Below the pieces are notes generated by a model. That model searched no databases and was not told the DNA's origin. It was given only the letters and a program-made list of their open reading frames with translations. The translations under genes were made by a program, and so were the position numbers. Source: Deinococcus sp. (lineage in GTDB: Bacteria; Deinococcota; Deinococci; Deinococcales; Deinococcaceae). From it: a DNA stretch of 64,000 nt. The stretch spans positions 1,984,001 through 2,048,000 of the forward strand of contig OZ253375.1 of NCBI GenBank assembly GCA_965261005.1, in the 5' to 3' direction. This document shows positions 1-19,595 of this stretch, one piece after another; the stretch's first letter is position 1; each line of letters begins with the position of its first letter.

Positions 1-463
1 GTTCGCCAAGCTGATGAAGGTGCCCGACCCGCTGCTGGACAACTACTTCACGCTGCTGACCGACTGGCCGAAGGAACGTATCGAGGCGGTGCTGGCCGGT
101 CCCCCAGTTGAAGCCCACCGCGAGCTGGCCCGCGCGGTGACGGCCTGGCTACACCCAAGGGCCGATCTGGACGCCGCCGAGGCGCGCTACCGGGCCGTGG
201 CAAAGGGCGCCATCCCGCAGGACATCCCGACCGTCCGGGTTCCCGCGTCCGAGTTCTCGCCGGAGGGGACCATCAGCCTGGCCCGCCTCGCGGTCGTGGC
301 GGGCCTGTGTGGCACCAACGGCGAGGCGCGGCGGCTGATGGGCAACAGGGGTCTCAAGCTGGACGGTGAGGCCCTTGTGGACCCTCTGGCGAGCATTTCG
401 CTTTTGGAGCCGGCGGTGCTGCAAAAGGGCAAGGACAAGTTCGTGCGTGTGGAACGGGTTTGA
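1..463 (+). CDS. tyrS: Tyrosyl-tRNA synthetase, C-terminal part (5'-truncated by window)
   Basis: LMKVPD..L..YF motif followed by S4-like C-terminus (GEARRL..RGLKLDG ... LQKGKDKFVRV). Confidence 0.9.
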   Translation, partial: FAKLMKVPDPLLDNYFTLLTDWPKERIEAVLAGPPVEAHRELARAVTAWLHPRADLDAAEARYRAVAKGAIPQDIPTVRVPASEFSPEGTISLARLAVVAGLCGTNGEARRLMGNRGLKLDGEALVDPLASISLLEPAVLQKGKDKFVRVERV

Positions 464-503
464 GCTGGATTTTTGGGTCTTGGAACACTGGACGGCGCCA
501 ACG

Positions 504-547
504 TTATGCACAGGCAATGCAAGTTATCCACAGCGTCCTGTGGATAA
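504..547. promoter_or_regulatory. Cluster of three DnaA boxes outside oriC
   Basis: TTATGCACA 504-512 (1 mismatch), TTATCCACA 524-532, TGTGGATAA 539-547. Confidence 0.75.
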
Positions 548-593
548 AATTCCCGTTTGTAAGCCTGACGAAGGCCTGACGGCTGCATAAATG

Positions 594-626
594 AGGGCGG
601 GCCTTTTGGGAAAGGCCCGCCCTTTT
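594..626. terminator. Intrinsic terminator between convergent tyrS and pyk
   Basis: AGGGCGGGCCTTT-tggg-AAAGGCCCGCCCT hairpin followed by T run. Confidence 0.8.
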
Positions 627-633
627 AAAAGGT

Positions 634-4536
<3,903 letters not shown>

Positions 4537-4561
4537 AAGCGCTTTATCTTTACTCCTCTCT

Positions 4562-4793
4562 TTACCTTATAAAAATAGTAGTAGTAGTAATAGGGGCTGT
4601 GGAAACTGTGGATAACCCCTCTCGGCCCCGTCCTGGACGGGCCATAGCCTGTGGATAACTTTGTGGATAACTTCGATTTGCTTGTGGACAACCTGTGGAT
4701 AACTTGCCGGTTATCCACAGGCTCTCAAAAAGGCGAGTTATCCACAGCCTTATCCACAGCTTATCCACAGGGTTATCCACAGACTTATCCACA
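4562..4793. other. oriC: Chromosomal replication origin oriC (12 DnaA boxes, DnaA-trios, AT-rich tract)
   Basis: Boxes starting at 4598 (TGTGGAAAC), 4607, 4650, 4662, 4683 (TGTGGACAA), 4694, 4711, 4738, 4750, 4761, 4773, 4785; (TAG)4-TAA-TAG at 4576-4593; lies between dnaA and dnaN. Confidence 0.97.
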
Positions 4794-4817
4794 GCTTGTG
4801 AAATTTGTTTCAAGCTC

Positions 4818-6179
<1,362 letters not shown>

Positions 6180-6267
6180 GGCCGCACCTCCTTCGCGCTG
6201 CTGGGCGCATCATAGCAAGCGGCGGGATGGCGAGCGCAGCTTCCCCCGTGCGCTAGACTACCTCGTT

Positions 6268-8076
6268 ATGGGAAGCGTTTGGAACGTGTTGGTGGTCGGC
6301 GGCGGACACGCCGGCATTGAGGCGGCTTGGGCGGCGGCCAAGTTCGGCCCGGTCGCCGTGTTGGTGCCGAACGTGGCGGCCATCGGCCGCATGCCGTGCA
6401 ACCCGGCCGTGGGCGGCCCCGGCAAAAGCCAACTGGTCGCCGAGGTGCAGGCCCTCGGCGGTTTGATGGGTCGCCTGGCCGACGACACCGCCATTCACAC
6501 CCGCGTGCTCAACGCCTCCAAGGGACCGGCGGTGCAGTCGCTGCGGGTGCAGAACGACCGTGACGCCTACGCGGCCCACGCTCAGGACGTGCTGCTGGGC
6601 CACGAAAACGTTCACCTGCTGCGCGGCGAGGCGGCCGGCTTGCGGGTCAGGGCCGGACAGTGGGAGGTGGTCACCACCGACGGGCGCGCGTTTTCGGCGA
6701 GAAGCGTGGTGTTGGCCACCGGCACGTTCTTAAGGGGTGTCACCTGGTACGGCCGCACCTCGCGGCCGGAGGGCCGGCAGGGGGAGCCGCCCTCGCGCTT
6801 TTTGTCGGACGTGTTGGCGGGGGCGGGGCATACCCTCAAGCGCTACAAGACGGGTACGCCGCCGCGCCTGCGTGCCGACTCGGTGGACTTCGCCGCCCTG
6901 CTGGAAATCCCGGCCGATCCCCTTCCCCGCTCATTTTCCGGCACGCCGGGGCCGTTTGCCACGGCCATGCCGACTTGGCAGACGCACACCACCCCGCGAA
7001 CACACGAACTGGTGCGCGAGAACTTGCACCAATCCCCGATGTTCGCGGGCGACATCGCCGGCTTGGGACCGCGCTATTGCCCCTCTATCGAGGACAAGAT
7101 CGTGCGCTTCGCCCACCACGACCGTCACCTGCTGTTCGTGGAGCCGGAGGGGCTGCACACCAGCGAGGTGTATGTGCAGGGGTTTTCCAGCAGCTTGCCG
7201 CCGGAGGTGCAGGACCGCTTGGTGCGTAGCTTGCCCGGCTTCGGGCGCGGCGTGATTCAGCGCTACGCCTACGCGGTGGAATACGACGTGGTGGACTCCA
7301 CCCAGCTGACCCTCAACTTGGAGTCGCGGCTGCTGCCGGGCGTGTACACCGCCGGTCAAGTGAATGGTACCAGCGGCTACGAGGAGGCGGCGGCGCAAGG
7401 CTTGATCGCCGGCGCGGCGGCGGCGCGACGCGCCCAAGGTCTGCCGGAAATTTTTGTTTCACGTGAAACCAGTTACTTGGGCGTCATGCTCGACGACCTG
7501 ATCTTCAAGGGCAGCGACGAGCCGTACCGCATGATGACCAGCCGGGTCGAGGGACGCCTGCTGCTGCGCCAAGACAACGCGGACGAGCGCCTGACGCCTT
7601 TAGGAATGGAGCTGGGCTTGGTAAATGAGCAGAGGGCGCGCGAGGTTGGCGCCAAGTATGCGCGCGTGGCTGAACTTCAGCGCAGCTTGGAAGGACAGCA
7701 AGCGAACGGCGTCTCGGGCGACGCCTTGCTACGCCGACCCGAGCTGAGCTTGGCCGATGTGGAGGCGCTGGGCATTCGTGTGCCGCCGCTGGCGCGGGAA
7801 GTGCGAGAGGCGGCGGAGATTCGGGTGAAGTACGCGGGCTACATCGAGCGTGCCCGTCAGCAGTTGCGGCGTGAAGCGGCGGCGGGCCAAGCGGACTTGT
7901 CCGGGCTGGACTTTTCCGCCGTGCCCGCCCTGTCGTCCGAGGCGCGTGAAAAGCTGCGCCGCGCCGCGCCGCGCACGCTGGGGCAAGCTTCCCGCTTGCC
8001 GGGGGTGCGCCACTCGGACGTGAGCGCCCTGCTGGTTCACCTGCGCTCAACTCAATATGTTTCACGGGAAACATGA
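6268..8076 (+). CDS. mnmG: tRNA uridine-5-carboxymethylaminomethyl modification enzyme MnmG (GidA)
   Basis: [48 protein letters not shown]. Confidence 0.97.
   Translation: MGSVWNVLVVGGGHAGIEAAWAAAKFGPVAVLVPNVAAIGRMPCNPAVGGPGKSQLVAEVQALGGLMGRLADDTAIHTRVLNASKGPAVQSLRVQNDRDAYAAHAQDVLLGHENVHLLRGEAAGLRVRAGQWEVVTTDGRAFSARSVVLATGTFLRGVTWYGRTSRPEGRQGEPPSRFLSDVLAGAGHTLKRYKTGTPPRLRADSVDFAALLEIPADPLPRSFSGTPGPFATAMPTWQTHTTPRTHELVRENLHQSPMFAGDIAGLGPRYCPSIEDKIVRFAHHDRHLLFVEPEGLHTSEVYVQGFSSSLPPEVQDRLVRSLPGFGRGVIQRYAYAVEYDVVDSTQLTLNLESRLLPGVYTAGQVNGTSGYEEAAAQGLIAGAAAARRAQGLPEIFVSRETSYLGVMLDDLIFKGSDEPYRMMTSRVEGRLLLRQDNADERLTPLGMELGLVNEQRAREVGAKYARVAELQRSLEGQQANGVSGDALLRRPELSLADVEALGIRVPPLAREVREAAEIRVKYAGYIERARQQLRREAAAGQADLSGLDFSAVPALSSEAREKLRRAAPRTLGQASRLPGVRHSDVSALLVHLRSTQYVSRET
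7455..7470. other. parS centromere site
   Basis: TGTTTCACGTGAAACC, 15/16 to consensus TGTTTCACGTGAAACA. Confidence 0.85.
8058..8073. other. parS centromere site
   Basis: TGTTTCACGGGAAACA, 15/16 to consensus; at mnmG/rsmG junction. Confidence 0.85.
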
Positions 8077-8815
8077 CGCCAGAGGAGGCGCCAACGGACA
8101 CGATGGCGCAGGGTGGGGAGCTTTTGCTCACCTGCGGACGCGAACTCGGTCTCGACCTTCGGCCGTTTTTGCCGCAGTTTGGGACGTTGTATACCCTGCT
8201 GGAGCGGGCGAACGCCCGGACCAACCTCACGGCGTTGCGCGGGGAGCGCGACGTCGTCATCAAGCACTTCGCCGACTCGCTGACCTGCCTGCAATCGGGC
8301 GAGTTGGAGGGCGACCTGAGGGTGATTGACGTCGGCACTGGCGCGGGCTTTCCGGGGTTGCCGCTGGCCATCGTGCGGCCACAGCTCGACGTGACCCTGC
8401 TCGACGCCACCCGGCGCAAAATCGAGTTCGTACACAGGGCTATAGGGGAACTGCGGCTTGTCAACGCCCACCCTCTGATCGGCCGGGCCGAGACGGTCGG
8501 CCATGACCCCGCGCGCCGCGAAAGCTTCGATCGGGTGGTCACGCGAGCAGTCAGCTCGTTGAGCGTGCTGGCGGAACTGTGTTTGCCCTTGCTGCGCGTC
8601 GGCGGCTGCATGATCGTCCAAAAGGGGGCCGAGGTCGCGGCCGAACTCGCGGCGGGCGAGCACGCCGTCCGGGAAGTTGGGGGAGAGATCATCGGGGCAC
8701 AACGCTTGGCGCTTCCAATCAGCGGGGACGTGCGCCATTTGGTGACCGTGCGCAAGACCGGCTCGACTTCGGACAGGTACCCACGGCGTGAGGGTGTGCC
8801 CAGCAAGCATCCGCT

Positions 8816-8822
<7 letters not shown>
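8073..8822 (+). CDS. rsmG: 16S rRNA G527 N7-methyltransferase RsmG (GidB)
   Basis: [24 protein letters not shown] motifs; follows mnmG. Confidence 0.96.
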
Positions 8823-10382
<1,560 letters not shown>

Positions 10383-10401
10383 GGTTGAATGTGAATCAAA
10401 A

Positions 10402-10432
10402 TAGGCGGAAACAGATCTTCTGTTTCCGCCTA
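10402..10432. terminator. Probable bidirectional terminator between parB and rnj
   Basis: Perfect 14-bp stem TAGGCGGAAACAGA/TCTGTTTCCGCCTA between convergent genes. Confidence 0.75.
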
Positions 10433-10444
10433 AACCCATCCCGC

Positions 10445-12100
<1,656 letters not shown>

Positions 12101-12336
12101 AACAACTCCTTGGGGCGCCGTTGGGCGCGAATGGGCGCAAAGGTCATAAGGGCGGGGACCGCGCAATGGTGCGGCGGGGGGTGATTTGTGAATTGAGTGC
12201 GTCAAAAACGCAGTCCCCCCAGGGTAACACGCGCCACGCCGCAGTAAGCGAGAAAAAATGCCAATTTGGTCGGGATGATGTCGGAATAACTTGGTCTGCG
12301 GGATGTTGCCGGGGAAAACGGTCACAATAAGGGCCG

Positions 12337-14247
12337 ATGAAGCCGCGTTCCGTGTTGATGCTCTGCCTGTGTGCGGCCTTGGCCCTGAGCGGCTGCCGCG
12401 ACCGTACGACCGGACAAGCTGGGGGGGCGTCGGGCGTGGCGACTGTTCCCGCCCAAAGTCAAGCCCCGCCGAAACCACCCCGGCCAAGTGTGGCCGAGAA
12501 CGGGGGAGGGAAGAGCGCCATACCTTCGGAAAGCTCCCCCCCGCCGGTGCCCGCCGCCCCCCTGCGCCCGCCCGTCGCCGAAAAGGTCGCGCCGTCCCCA
12601 ACAGCCGAACCGATTCGGCCAACCACGCCGGTTCAAGAGCCGGCGCCCGTTGTGCCCGCCCCGCCCCCGCCAACTGAGCCAACACCAGTCGAGCTAACAC
12701 CGGTCGAACCAGTACCAGTCGAACCAACACCCGTCGAGCCAGCGCCCATCCCGCCCCAGCCTGCCGCGCCCCCCGCCGCTCCGGCCCCGGCGCCCGCCCC
12801 AGCGGAACCTGCGCCGCGCGTTCCCACCGCGCCCGCTCGGGCGAACGGCGAGCACCTGCGCGGCCTCTGGGTGGACGCCTTCGGTCCCGGCTTCAAGACG
12901 CCGGGGGAGGTGAGCGCCTTGGTCGCGGACGCGACCCGAATGCACTTCAACGTCATCTTTGCGGAGGTGGGCAAGCGCGGCGACTGCTATTGCGACCATG
13001 CCAGCATGCCGCGCACCGACGACCCGGCGGTGCCGCCCGGCTTTGACCCCTTGGCGGACTTGCTGGAAAAGGCGCACGCGGCCGGCCTGCAAGTCCACGC
13101 CTGGATCATCACGACCGCCGTCGTGAACGTGCCTGACAACCCCTCACCGTCCCAGCCGGACCATGTCTTCAACGTTCACGGCCCCGGCGCCCCCGACGAC
13201 TGGATGACGCGCGACGTGAACGGCAACGCGCGGGCCGGCAACGATTACCTGCTCGACCCCGGCCACCCGGAGGCCGCCGCCTACATCGCCGAGATGTACG
13301 CCAGCGTGGTCCGCAACTACGACGTGGACGGCGTGCAGCTCGACCGGGTGCGCTACCCCGACGCATCCGGCGGCCTGCCCAACTGGGGCTACAACGGGGC
13401 CGCGCTGGCGCGTTTCCGGGCGGACAGCGGTGAGGTGGGCACGCCCACGCCGGGGGACCCGGTCTGGACCGCTTGGCGGCGCCAGCAGGTGAACAATCTG
13501 GTGCGGCGGGTGTACCTGGCGGTCAAGGCCGTGCGGCCGGATGTGTGGGTGGACGTGGCGACCATCACCTACGGTGCAGGGCCGCGCACGCTGGCCGGCT
13601 TCGAGGCCACCCGGACCTACAACGAGGTGCTGCAAGACTGGCCGAGCTGGCTGCGCGCCGGCTACGCCGACCTCAACGTGCTGATGAACTACAAGCGCGA
13701 CGACAACCCCGACCAAGCGCGCTGGTACGGCCAGTGGAACGCCTTCGCCATGAAGGAGCGCGCCCTCGCGCGGGTGGTGGCCGGCAGCGCCATGTACCTG
13801 AACCGCCCGGCGGGCAGCCTGCGGCAAGCGGGGGCGGCCCTCACGAATTTGGACGGCTGGGTGGGCTACTCCTACCGCACGCCCACCCCGGCGGTGGACG
13901 CGGGCGGCGAGACGGCGGCGGGAGCCTGGGCCGCCCTCGCGCCCAAGCTGAGCGGCGCGGGCGGACCGATGGCGGGAACGGCCGGGTGGGGCCGCCCACC
14001 CGTAGGGCGCTTACGGGCCGTCAGCGGCATGGTGCGCTCGGAGGCCGGTCCGGTGGGTGGCCGAACCGTGACCCTTTTGGTGAACGGCCACCCCTTCGCC
14101 CGCACCGAAAGCGATGGCGGCGGCCTCTACGGCTTCGTGGTCACGCCGCCGGGCGAGTTTCAGATCGCGGCGGACGGGGCGGAACCGCTGACGGTGGATC
14201 CCGGGGCGGGCCAAGTGACCGAGCTGCCCGACCTTCAGGTGCCCTAA
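12337..14247 (+). CDS. Lipoprotein with Pro-rich linker and GHL10/DUF187-type glycoside hydrolase domain plus C-terminal beta-sandwich
   Basis: Lipobox LSG-C; PVEPT repeats; RGLWVDAF, DPL..L...HAAGLQVHAW, YDVDGVQLDRVRYP. Confidence 0.8.
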   Translation: MKPRSVLMLCLCAALALSGCRDRTTGQAGGASGVATVPAQSQAPPKPPRPSVAENGGGKSAIPSESSPPPVPAAPLRPPVAEKVAPSPTAEPIRPTTPVQEPAPVVPAPPPPTEPTPVELTPVEPVPVEPTPVEPAPIPPQPAAPPAAPAPAPAPAEPAPRVPTAPARANGEHLRGLWVDAFGPGFKTPGEVSALVADATRMHFNVIFAEVGKRGDCYCDHASMPRTDDPAVPPGFDPLADLLEKAHAAGLQVHAWIITTAVVNVPDNPSPSQPDHVFNVHGPGAPDDWMTRDVNGNARAGNDYLLDPGHPEAAAYIAEMYASVVRNYDVDGVQLDRVRYPDASGGLPNWGYNGAALARFRADSGEVGTPTPGDPVWTAWRRQQVNNLVRRVYLAVKAVRPDVWVDVATITYGAGPRTLAGFEATRTYNEVLQDWPSWLRAGYADLNVLMNYKRDDNPDQARWYGQWNAFAMKERALARVVAGSAMYLNRPAGSLRQAGAALTNLDGWVGYSYRTPTPAVDAGGETAAGAWAALAPKLSGAGGPMAGTAGWGRPPVGRLRAVSGMVRSEAGPVGGRTVTLLVNGHPFARTESDGGGLYGFVVTPPGEFQIAADGAEPLTVDPGAGQVTELPDLQVP

Positions 14248-14254
14248 GCTTGTT

Positions 14255-14704
14255 TTAGGCTGGTCCCGCCTTGCCGCGCACCTGGTTCTTGAGCCGGTGC
14301 AAGATGGCGCCCATGCCGCGCAGCCGCATGGGCGTGATCAGCTCGGAGAGGCCCATGTCGTTGTAGAAGTCGTCGGGCAAGCTGAGGATCTGCTCGGGGG
14401 TGGCGTCGGCGAGGCCCTCGGTCAGGATGCCGGCGTAGCCGCGCACGGTGGGCGCCTCGGGCGGCACCTGGAAGTACATGCCGACGTGCTGGCCCTCCAC
14501 CTCGGTCACCAGGAAAAAGGGCGAGCTGCACTCGGGCACGCTTTCGAGCAGCTCGGGATGGTCTTGGTAGCGCCCCGGCAAGGCGGGCAGCTTGCGGCTG
14601 TACTCCAGCAAGGCTTGCAGCCGCAACGACTTGGGGGCCGCGCGGAACATCGTCACGATGTCTTGCAGCTTGCTGGGCAAGGCGGGTTCGGTCATGCCCA
14701 TCAC
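14255..14704 (-). CDS. sufE: SufE-family sulfur acceptor
   Basis: L.EYSRKLP, VPECSSP, EAPTVRGYA, LITPMRLRG. Confidence 0.9.
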   Translation of the reverse strand: MMGMTEPALPSKLQDIVTMFRAAPKSLRLQALLEYSRKLPALPGRYQDHPELLESVPECSSPFFLVTEVEGQHVGMYFQVPPEAPTVRGYAGILTEGLADATPEQILSLPDDFYNDMGLSELITPMRLRGMGAILHRLKNQVRGKAGPA

Positions 14705-14801
14705 GGTAGCGCGGCGCGCGGGGCGCGTATGGTGTCCAAGGTTTAATTGACGAAATCGGTCAACTATAAGACGTCAGGCTATAAGATATCTGGAGGCGAA
14801 C

Positions 14802-15662
<861 letters not shown>

Positions 15663-15751
15663 AGGTGAGGGCGTCCGGGAGGGCGCCCTTTTTAAATCCT
15701 CCTTGAGCCGCCGCCGACCCGCCCGAGACCGTTTCAGCTTTTGATGGGTGC

Positions 15752-15958
15752 ATGAGCGACGACGAGTCCATTTGGCGTGACGGCGGTTCCGGCGACTTTC
15801 GCGGCGAGGGCGTTCGCATTGACCCGACCTTGCCGCCCATGACCCCGGCGGGCGGCAGGGCCGCTTCTGACGGCGTGCCCAGCGAGGAAACGGACCAGCG
15901 CGAGGCGGTGCGCGAATTGAACGAGGCGGAGGGGCGCGGCCTCAGCGAGGAGTCGTAG
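15752..15958 (+). CDS. Small acidic hypothetical protein
   Basis: 68-aa ORF filling the intergenic gap; no motif recognised. Confidence 0.5.
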   Translation: MSDDESIWRDGGSGDFRGEGVRIDPTLPPMTPAGGRAASDGVPSEETDQREAVRELNEAEGRGLSEES

Positions 15959-17630
15959 ATTCCAGCAAACCGCTCCCCAGCACGATGTCCAGCGACAGCG
16001 TCTGGTAGCCGTGCCCCTTGAACAGCACCGTGATCTTGCCCTCCTCCAGGTGGACGACCTGCCCGTCGCCCAGGCTGGCGTGGCGCACCGCCTCGCCCAC
16101 CGCGAAGGGAGCGCCCTGCGTGGGCGCGGCGACCTTGCCCGCGCGGCAGTTATCGCACCGTCCGCACGGCGGCGTGTAAGCCTCGCCGAAGTAGCCCAGC
16201 AGGTACTCGCGCCGGCAGCCTCCGGTGGTCGCGTAGCCCAGCATCATCTCCACCCGGCTGCGCTCGTACTCGTGGCGCCGCTCTTGCACCACCGCCGCCT
16301 CGCGCGCCACCCGCTCCACATCGGACACATCGAGTTGGGAACGCAGCTTGACGCGCCCGCCCCTCAGCGTGCGCGCGGCCTTTACCTCTTCTAAGTGGGC
16401 CAGCGCCGCCGTGAAGCGGGTCTCGGTCAGGCCGCTGGTTTCGCGCAAATCTCCCGCCTGCACCGCGCGGTTCGCCACCGCCAGCAGGCGCAGCAGTTGC
16501 ATCAAGTCTTCCAGGGAGACGGGCGTCCCGCCCGCAAAAAAGCGCCGCAGCCGCGTGTCGGCCCTTTGAAAAAAGAGCCGTGCCTCGGCCGGATCAAAGT
16601 CGCGGCCCGCCCGGCCGATCTCCTGATAGTAGGCGTCAGGGGAGCCGGGCAAGTCGGCGTGCGCCACGAAGCGCACGTCCGGCTTGTCTATGCCCATGCC
16701 GAAGGCCGTGGTGGCGACCACCACCTCCAGTTCGCCGGCCATCCAAGCTCGCTGCACGGTTTCGCGCGCCTTGGGACGCAAACCGGCGTGGTAGGCGGCG
16801 ACCGTCAGCCCCTGAGCGTTCAGCTCCAAACTCAACCCCTCGGCCTTTTTGCGCGTTGCGGCGTAGATCAGGCCCGGCTTGGGAGCGGTGAGCGTGTAAT
16901 CGAGCAGCGCCCGGCGCCGCTCACCCGCGTTCTCGAACTGTTGCGCGGCGAGGTCGAGGTTGGGGCGGTCGAAGCCGCGCACCACCATCCGTGCGGCGCG
17001 CCCGCCCGATGTGTGCATGCCCAGCCGCGCCAGAATCTCGGCGCGCACCGGGGGGGCCGCCGTGGCGGTCAAGGCCAGAATGGTGGGCCGCCCCAGCGCG
17101 CGGGCGGCCTCGCCCAACTTCAGATACTCGGGCCGGAAGTCGAAGCCCCACTCGCTGACGCAGTGGGCCTCGTCCACGGTCAGCAGCGCGGGCCTGTTCG
17201 TTCGCAGGCGGTCCAGCACGGCCTCGTTCGTGAGCTGTTCGGGCGACAGCAGCAGGAACTTGAGCTGGCCTGCCCCGTAGGCGCGCAAGGTCTCCTCGCG
17301 CTCGGCGGCGGAGAGGGTGGAGTTGAGCGCGCTGGCCGGCCCGGCGCCGAGATCGCGCAGCGCCTGCACCTGGTCGCGCTGCAAGGCGATCAGCGGCGAG
17401 ACCACCAGGGTCGGCCCGGCGAGCGCCAGGCCCGCGATTTGGTAGATGGCGGACTTGCCCGCCCCGGTGGGCATCACGGCCAGGGTGTCGTGGCCGGCAA
17501 ATACAGCCTGGACGGCCTCTTGCTGACCTTCACGCAGCCGAGAGAAGCCGAAAACGGTTTTGGCGAGCTGGCGCGCACGCCGGGCCGCCGAGCGCTCTGA
17601 CATGGGGCGTTCAGGTAGGGATGTGGTCAT
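15942..17630 (-). CDS. recQ: RecQ-family ATP-dependent DNA helicase
   Basis: MPTGAGKS, DEAHCVSEWGFDFRP, LTATA, YYQEIGRAGRD, Zn site CRR..CGRCDNC; start could be 17603. Confidence 0.9.
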   Translation of the reverse strand: MTTSLPERPMSERSAARRARQLAKTVFGFSRLREGQQEAVQAVFAGHDTLAVMPTGAGKSAIYQIAGLALAGPTLVVSPLIALQRDQVQALRDLGAGPASALNSTLSAAEREETLRAYGAGQLKFLLLSPEQLTNEAVLDRLRTNRPALLTVDEAHCVSEWGFDFRPEYLKLGEAARALGRPTILALTATAAPPVRAEILARLGMHTSGGRAARMVVRGFDRPNLDLAAQQFENAGERRRALLDYTLTAPKPGLIYAATRKKAEGLSLELNAQGLTVAAYHAGLRPKARETVQRAWMAGELEVVVATTAFGMGIDKPDVRFVAHADLPGSPDAYYQEIGRAGRDFDPAEARLFFQRADTRLRRFFAGGTPVSLEDLMQLLRLLAVANRAVQAGDLRETSGLTETRFTAALAHLEEVKAARTLRGGRVKLRSQLDVSDVERVAREAAVVQERRHEYERSRVEMMLGYATTGGCRREYLLGYFGEAYTPPCGRCDNCRAGKVAAPTQGAPFAVGEAVRHASLGDGQVVHLEEGKITVLFKGHGYQTLSLDIVLGSGLLESTTPR

Positions 17631-17751
17631 GGTGAGGGGACGGGGCAGCCCAAAAAAGCGGCTCCTGGCGCCACGCCCAGGATGCCGCGCGCCCCTGCGG
17701 CCCGTCACAAAATTGACCTAACGCGCGTTCATCCCTGGCCGCCCTGAACAG

Positions 17752-17786
17752 ATCGGAGGGGAAGGCCGTTCGCCTTCCCCTCCGAT
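17752..17786. terminator. Hairpin downstream of small Pro-rich gene
   Basis: ATCGGAGGGGAAGGC / GCCTTCCCCTCCGAT stem. Confidence 0.65.
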
Positions 17787-17795
17787 GACGGCCGT

Positions 17796-17978
17796 TTACA
17801 GCGGCGACGGCATGGGCACCGGGTCGGGCATCCTGGGGGTGTCCGGCAGCGGCTCAGGGTCTGGCATGCCGGGGGTGTCGGGATTGGTGGGCGGGTCCTG
17901 AATGGGCACCGGGCGCTCCAGGGGCGGCATGCGCTCGGGCATCTGCGGGGTGTCCGGCTGTTCTCCGGGCTGGGTCAT
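17796..17978 (-). CDS. Small proline-rich protein
   Basis: AGGAGG RBS; PDTPxMP repeated three times. Confidence 0.65.
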   Translation of the reverse strand: MTQPGEQPDTPQMPERMPPLERPVPIQDPPTNPDTPGMPDPEPLPDTPRMPDPVPMPSPL

Positions 17979-18136
17979 AAGGGCCTCCTGTGCAGCGAGT
18001 ATCGCCCCGGCGCGCTCACCTTAAGCCAAAAAAGGCTGAAGGCCGCTTGAGACAGGTCTTCAGGCGATACGGATTTCGAAACGCTGAGGAACCCGCAGAG
18101 GGCCGTATCTTTTTCCCATCCGCTTGTATGTTGGTT

Positions 18137-19330
<1,194 letters not shown>

Positions 19331-19595
19331 GCTGCCCGCTCTCCAAGGGAGCGTTCAGCGTACCGAGACGCCCGCTGCACAGCAGCGAGCGGCGCAGTAC
19401 GCTGAACGTGACCAACCTCGTGCTGCCTGTGGGCGGCCTTGGAGACGCCTCGCGTACTTCCTCAGAGGTTGGTCCCCTCTTGACAAGAGACACCGTTGCT
19501 CCGCTAGAAACTCAGTCAACTTTGTTGACTGAGTTTCCAGAATCCGTATGAATTTGCGGTTTGAGGCGCGGCGGCCCCGCCCTTATTATCCTGGC

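Noticed and set aside
4598..4793. Regular short repeats as CRISPR or iterons
   Set aside because: They are 9-bp DnaA boxes without unique spacers
12600..12840. Pro-rich repeats as a non-coding repeat array
   Set aside because: In-frame linker of the lipoprotein hydrolase
19507..19537. 14-bp hairpin as a dedicated pilT terminator
   Set aside because: Better explained as the internal hairpin of the 107-bp repeat, though it may also terminate transcription
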